Assembly: GCA_038065455.1 (NCBI GenBank)
Contig: JBBTQX010000008.1
Span: 4,257-68,256, forward strand
Source: Patescibacteria group bacterium
Lineage (GTDB): Bacteria; Patescibacteriota; Minisyncoccia; UBA6257; GWB1-50-10
Reading direction: 5' to 3'
Length of the DNA stretch: 64,000 bases
Below, piece by piece: positions 59,331 to 64,000 of this stretch. A program made the position numbers and the translations under genes. Under the pieces are notes generated by a model. That model saw nothing but the letters and a program-made list of their open reading frames with translations, did no database searches and had not been told where the DNA came from. The stretch's first letter is position 1. Each line of letters begins with the position of its first letter.

Positions 59331-59689
59331 ACCTATAAGTTAATCTAAAGGTAAACCAAAGTCAATCCTTCAAGAATTAGCCGTGGAATAATGGATTACA
59401 CACAGTTATCTCGCTATGGCGAGATAACTGTGTGTAGGAATTTCAATAAGAACATTCTCCATTTCAATCCGTGCCACTGCCGCCTAAAATGGGAGATGTA
59501 ATTGATAAATCACTACCCTATATACACGATCGTGTATATAGGGTAGTGAAAATTTAAATGATTGAAATAAGATACCTCAAAGTAATTGAGTGATGGCTGA
59601 AAGAGAGGGATGATAATTCGGAGAGAATAGAAAAAATTACTTTAGAATAATATCTATCGGAGTTCAACTTCGTAAGATTTATAGATTAA

Positions 59690-59899
59690 CTAAAAAGAGT
59701 CCGGGGCAAGACCGGTATGTTTTGCGATGCGGGCGAGCATTCGTGGACCTATTTCTTCTCTATCATGAAAGGCGAAAGTAAAATCGGGGTAGTCAACTCT
59801 TTCAAGAATTCTATGCGATCCTCTCTGTCTTTTTATTCTCCAACCAAGTTTAAGTAAGGTCTTCAAAACTTCTCGGGCTTTAACGGCGCGCCATTGCAT
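59690..59899 (-). CDS. hicA: HicA toxin (mRNA interferase)
   Basis: LLKLGWRIKRQRGSHRIL. Confidence 0.7.
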   Translation of the reverse strand: MQWRAVKAREVLKTLLKLGWRIKRQRGSHRILERVDYPDFTFAFHDREEIGPRMLARIAKHTGLAPDSF

Positions 59900-60155
59900 G
59901 TTCCATCAAACGCAAAATGACCGTGGGAGCATTGCCATGCTCTAGGTCATCAGCCATCGTTCGAAGAGCGACTGCATACGCTTTTCGTGTCGCCTCATTT
60001 TTTGTTTTTCCGTAGGCCATGGCGCCCGCGATTTTTGGAATTTCCGCGATCCACCGTCCGTCTTCTTCTTGGTCTAACTCAACAGCAAAAAACGGTGCTG
60101 GTCCCCTCTTTTTTAATTCTTTTGTCATGCTCAAACTATACAACCAAAAAATCAA
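59880..60155 (-). CDS. hicB: HicB antitoxin
   Basis: RNase H-like fold N-terminus FFAVELDQEEDGRWIAEIPKIAGAMAYGKTKNEA. Confidence 0.6.
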   Translation of the reverse strand: MIFWLYSLSMTKELKKRGPAPFFAVELDQEEDGRWIAEIPKIAGAMAYGKTKNEATRKAYAVALRTMADDLEHGNAPTVILRLMEHAMARR

Positions 60156-60277
60156 AAGTCAAAATTCGGCATTGCCACCTCAAGACAAAGCACAATCGCA
60201 TCACGAACTCGCTTTTTTAATATTGATTGTAGCGCCCAGAATTAAAGAGGAAATAAATGATTAGTGTCCGACATCAA

Positions 60278-60496
60278 TCAGATTTTAGTCCACCCCTCTC
60301 TCGCGATATCCGCTTGCCGGAGAATTCGTTTAAGAAGATCAACGCTTATTTCTTTCTCATGAGGGTTAGGAATGGTAAAGACTAAATCCCCTTTTATCAT
60401 GTAGGGATGTTTACTTTCTTGAAAAGGACCTTCAAAACCGAATTTCTTTAACTTCCGCACTAACTGCCGCCAAGAGATTGGCGCCAGCTTAGACAT
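60278..60496 (-). CDS. HicA/YcfA-family toxin (second copy)
   Basis: LKKFGFEGPFQESKHPYMIK. Confidence 0.6.
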   Translation of the reverse strand: MSKLAPISWRQLVRKLKKFGFEGPFQESKHPYMIKGDLVFTIPNPHEKEISVDLLKRILRQADIAREGWTKI

Positions 60497-60758
60497 TGAT
60501 TTTAGCAGTAACTCGAGAACTTATTTTGAAGCTTGGAATAGGCAAGTTTTTCTTTAATCTCACAATCAACCAACCTTCCAAGGTTTCTAAAAGATTGTAA
60601 CGGCATTCCTCCAATGTTTTCCCCGCTGCCCAAACGCCTTTCAAACCGGAAATCTCGCCGTAATATCGCTTACCGCCATCAATAATTTCATAGCGAGCTT
60701 TTCCCAGATTGGAATAAATAAAATCTTGAAGCATATATTTGAAGTATACCACACTCAA
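60489..60758 (-). CDS. HicB/UPF0150-family antitoxin (second copy)
   Basis: YEIIDGGKRYYGEISGLKGVWAAGKTLEECRYNLLETLEGWL. Confidence 0.6.
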   Translation of the reverse strand: MSVVYFKYMLQDFIYSNLGKARYEIIDGGKRYYGEISGLKGVWAAGKTLEECRYNLLETLEGWLIVRLKKNLPIPSFKISSRVTAKINV

Positions 60759-60928
60759 AAATCGAAGTCAAAACAATGATCTCTAGAAAGTCGGACTTCT
60801 TTAAGCTTGCAAAAAACGGTACCTGACACTGTTTCCGCGAAGGCGGTTTACTAGTTTACGAAGTCGGACTTCGTAAGATTGTAATACGAAGAGAAAGGAT
60901 ATCTGACACTGTTTCCCCCTTTTGATTC

Positions 60929-63454
60929 TTACCAATAGATTTTTACAAAGCCATTATTTCCATCTTTACCGTATTGACTACTTCGACTTTTATGCCCACC
61001 CTCACCACCCCCAACTGGAGTACTGAAAACTGGCGTGTTGGGACTTGAAAAAATTAAATTGTTGGGGTCACTATTAAAATAATATCCACCTGCCCTTCCC
61101 ATTTTACATAATTCAACATTATTGTCTCCATTTTTATCTTTTTCATTACATCGATTTTTAGTACTTATACCACCACCGCCACCAGTATTATTTATTCCGT
61201 CTACCTGACCGCCGCCGCCGCCGTCCTTACCTTTTTCATCATAAATAGTACCACCACCGCCATTACCGCCATATTTACTATAGCCACCTCTACCAGGGAC
61301 GGCATCAGAAGTATAAACAATTTTTTCAGTAGCATCACCAAGAGCACTAAAAGCATAATAACCAACAGTACCACCAGCAATGGGGACGGCGGGTATAGGA
61401 AACCCAATAGCAACGGCAACAAAAGCGCCAATAATAGTGCCAATAACAGCGCCAATAGTGCCCAAAATAGTGGAAAAAAGACCACCTTTGCCATAACCAC
61501 CAGCACCACCACCGCCGCCACCGCCATTACCACCATAGCCACCCTCACCAGGATAATAATCACCAGAAGCTGGGGCACCACCACCACCGCCGCCACCACC
61601 AGCATAAATAGGCCTAAATTTTGATGATGGGTTTGATGATGGTTTAGTTGAAAAAAATGAGGAGCCACCACCGCCGCCACCACCAGCAGAAGACTGTCCA
61701 CCTTTAGCATTTGGTTCGCCGCCGCCGCCGCCAAGAGCAACATAAATAGCTATTTCACTATCAGGTATTACATTTACGAGCCCACTCCAAAAACCTCCGG
61801 AACCTCCAGAGCCTCCATAATGTTCACAAGAGGCGGCACACCCACCACCACCACCGCCGCCGCCAGACATTTCTACTCTTACAAGACGAGTATTTGGAGG
61901 AACTTTCCAAGTATAGTTATCATTAGATTTAAATTCTTTAATTTTACTGGGATCACAATCTAAAACATTTGAAGTTGTTTTTGGTCTATTTTCCTCTAAA
62001 AAATTGGAAAAATTATTTATATAGGAAGCCTTAATAGGAGTGTTTGGAGCAAAAGTAAAGCCTGGAGTTTTGAGCGTACACCCATACGCAAAAAGATCGG
62101 AAAAATTTTCGATATTTATAAAATTTGCGGCCTTGATTGGCTTGCCGGCAGTAGCATCATCCTTAATATAATTTATAAGATTGTTATAATCACCGGTCAC
62201 GCCAATATTCCTTAACGTGGCGCTAAAAACACCCGCAAGATTATAAACGTGCTCGGCCCTTACTGGATCCCCGGCCGATAAATCGCCCAATTTAACCACT
62301 GCTGAATAAAATTTATTAGAATAATAATTAAAGCCGGAAGCATAAGAAGACTTATTGAGAGCCAAAATGTCATTAAATATACCTTGGAATTTATATTCTT
62401 TCGCATAAGAGATATATCCATTATTTTTACGAATGTAGACTACCTTGGGCTTCATCGAGAGGCCAGAACTAAAACTAAAATTCGATATATGTCCCGCCAC
62501 TATCAAATAATCTTCGCCAACACCGATTGAACTGATAGAGCCAAGAGGTAGAAACTCATTGGTCAAATCCAGTACACCATTTGAGCCAAAACTCCCATCA
62601 GAGGCGTAGTCTTTATAATCTTCGTAATTTACGCATACATTGTTTTCGTAATCTGTGCATCTCTGCAAAGCCTGCAGGCTTATTTTGACTATCTTTTTCA
62701 CTCCAGCGTCGGTTTGAAAAGACAGATAAAGGCCGCTAGAGGCGCCTTCCACCCTCAATAAGTTGCCAAAATCAGAGTAAGGAACGAGATCTATACTTTG
62801 GGTAAGGGAGAGATCGGATAATTTTCTGATCTCCAGAAAATTTTTTGGAAACCCATCAACTATTTTTGTTCCGTAAAACAAGAAATTGCCGCTATCAAAA
62901 TAAGATATATCAAAATAGGCGACGTTATTATCTGGAATGAAATTTATTTCATCATCGGTTTTGATTATTCTGGATTCATAGTCACCAATATTGCCCGCCC
63001 TAATTAGAAGAAAATTTTTGTAATCTAGAATTTTATGATTCTTTGTGTAAAGAGGGAGAGGAAAAGAATCTGTGTAATTAAGATTCAGATCGTAACTCCG
63101 TATAGAAAATTGTTGTGTTAAGGCTATAGATGCTATAAATTCAAAACTCACATATAAATAAGTACCGTTGCTTATTATATCAGTGATTTTATATGTGGGG
63201 ATTTTTATCTCTTTTATTAATTCGCCCGATTGCGCGTTAAACTTTTTTATTTTGGAAAAATCGTTATTAATACCATTAACCGCTGTATATAGATAATCGC
63301 CGCTTATCGTTGAAGCCACAGCATACTCGCCGGCGTTCTCATTGGGTTTATTTTCCCAAATAGAGAAGAAAGCCGCGGAAACAGGGAAAGGCGCGACGCT
63401 AGAAATAAAAACTGAAACTATAAGAATTAGGGAAATCGGAAATTTTTTAAACAT
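60929..63454 (-). CDS. large secreted protein: N-terminal beta-rich region plus ~350-aa poly-glycine low-complexity C-terminal region with an embedded hydrophobic segment
   Basis: Signal peptide MFKKFPISLILIVSVFISSVAP. Runs of G7-G10 recur, and a hydrophobic stretch LFSTILGTIGAVIGTIIGAFVAVAIGF sits inside the Gly-rich part. Confidence 0.6.
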   Translation of the reverse strand: MFKKFPISLILIVSVFISSVAPFPVSAAFFSIWENKPNENAGEYAVASTISGDYLYTAVNGINNDFSKIKKFNAQSGELIKEIKIPTYKITDIISNGTYLYVSFEFIASIALTQQFSIRSYDLNLNYTDSFPLPLYTKNHKILDYKNFLLIRAGNIGDYESRIIKTDDEINFIPDNNVAYFDISYFDSGNFLFYGTKIVDGFPKNFLEIRKLSDLSLTQSIDLVPYSDFGNLLRVEGASSGLYLSFQTDAGVKKIVKISLQALQRCTDYENNVCVNYEDYKDYASDGSFGSNGVLDLTNEFLPLGSISSIGVGEDYLIVAGHISNFSFSSGLSMKPKVVYIRKNNGYISYAKEYKFQGIFNDILALNKSSYASGFNYYSNKFYSAVVKLGDLSAGDPVRAEHVYNLAGVFSATLRNIGVTGDYNNLINYIKDDATAGKPIKAANFINIENFSDLFAYGCTLKTPGFTFAPNTPIKASYINNFSNFLEENRPKTTSNVLDCDPSKIKEFKSNDNYTWKVPPNTRLVRVEMSGGGGGGGGCAASCEHYGGSGGSGGFWSGLVNVIPDSEIAIYVALGGGGGEPNAKGGQSSAGGGGGGGSSFFSTKPSSNPSSKFRPIYAGGGGGGGGAPASGDYYPGEGGYGGNGGGGGGGAGGYGKGGLFSTILGTIGAVIGTIIGAFVAVAIGFPIPAVPIAGGTVGYYAFSALGDATEKIVYTSDAVPGRGGYSKYGGNGGGGTIYDEKGKDGGGGGQVDGINNTGGGGGISTKNRCNEKDKNGDNNVELCKMGRAGGYYFNSDPNNLIFSSPNTPVFSTPVGGGEGGHKSRSSQYGKDGNNGFVKIYW

Positions 63455-63455
63455 T

Positions 63456-64000
63456 TTATTTAGCGTTCATACAAGATATTTGGAGAGAGATATCTTGGAC
63501 CAAGCTGCAAGAAATTTTATTGCTAGAAGCCGCTTTCTGAAAATTATCACAATCTTTTTTGTAGGAGCCATCCGCAAACACGAGGCAAGAGACTTTTTCT
63601 CCGGCGGCAAGTTTTTTGAACCAAATTGAATCGGTGCAATATTTGCGTGAATTCTCATCCGTAAGACTGGAACACTTTTGGGGGTTTTGAGCGACTAGGG
63701 CATTTTTTAATATGAACAATATCTTGCAATTGGAAATGTCTTCGGCCGATTGAAGCGTAGTACAAACCGACTCATCTTGTTTATTTTCTACCAAAAGATT
63801 TATTCCTATCTGACGACATTCTTTTTGGAAATTTTCGGCTACGCCGGAACACAGATTTATATCACCCCCGTTTTTCACCGCCTCCAAAATCGCGTTGTTC
63901 ACGCAAACCTCATGATAATTCACGCCATCCGGGGAAGTGTAATTTATTTCTTTACATCGAGAAGAATCACCACTCCGAGCCAATTCAAAAACTTTTGAAG
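63456..64000 (-). CDS. cysteine-rich secreted protein, probably 5'-truncated by the window edge
   Basis: About 18 Cys in 175 aa. The ORF runs to the window end. Confidence 0.4.
   Translation of the reverse strand, partial: SKVFELARSGDSSRCKEINYTSPDGVNYHEVCVNNAILEAVKNGGDINLCSGVAENFQKECRQIGINLLVENKQDESVCTTLQSAEDISNCKILFILKNALVAQNPQKCSSLTDENSRKYCTDSIWFKKLAAGEKVSCLVFADGSYKKDCDNFQKAASSNKISCSLVQDISLQISCMNAK

Noticed and set aside
61201-61743. 180-aa ORF rich in Ala/Val/Leu
   Set aside because: This is a frame-shifted reading within the poly-Gly coding tract of the minus-strand gene, a low-complexity artefact, not an independent gene.

Overview
64 kb from a compact, gene-dense bacterial genome that I infer to be CPR/Patescibacteria-like. 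The inference rests on small housekeeping genes, a complete type IV pilus locus, a class II (B12) ribonucleotide reductase, a single-chain mitochondrial-type PheRS, an intron-split tRNA and weak Shine-Dalgarno signals. The core is housekeeping: nrdJ, ftsZ/ftsA, ybeY, rpsU, hisS, lepB, pth, cysS, dnaB, recR, rplU, cca, recG, gatCAB, ligA, comF. There is also a 12-gene T4P cluster (pilM/N/O, pilB, pilT, pilC, two pilins, pilD, four minor pilins). Seven tRNA genes are present, one of them (CAU anticodon) split by a 722-nt group I-like intron whose antisense strand carries a LAGLIDADG-like ORF. Accessory content: (i) a tight six-gene operon at the window start made of two NYN nucleases (one with a PLD/HKD-like C-terminal motif), a Zn-ribbon protein, a small TM protein, an orphan type I HsdS specificity subunit and a KTSC protein, with no HsdM/HsdR in the window; this is the best candidate for an undescribed system. 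(ii) A tetraloop-rich (UUCG, GUAA) candidate structured RNA with internal repeats at ~3.7-4.0 kb. (iii) An 8 kb toxin-antitoxin/defense island (Fic, AbiEi/AbiEii, RelE-like pairs, two HicAB pairs, an IS481-family element, a RelE-like pseudogene remnant and several short repeats and palindromes). (iv) Secreted repeat proteins and an 841-aa poly-Gly protein. Bidirectional terminators and candidate operator palindromes (TrpR/YerC-like regulon, pilB upstream region) are annotated. All calls come from reading the translations and sequence; no database searches were run.
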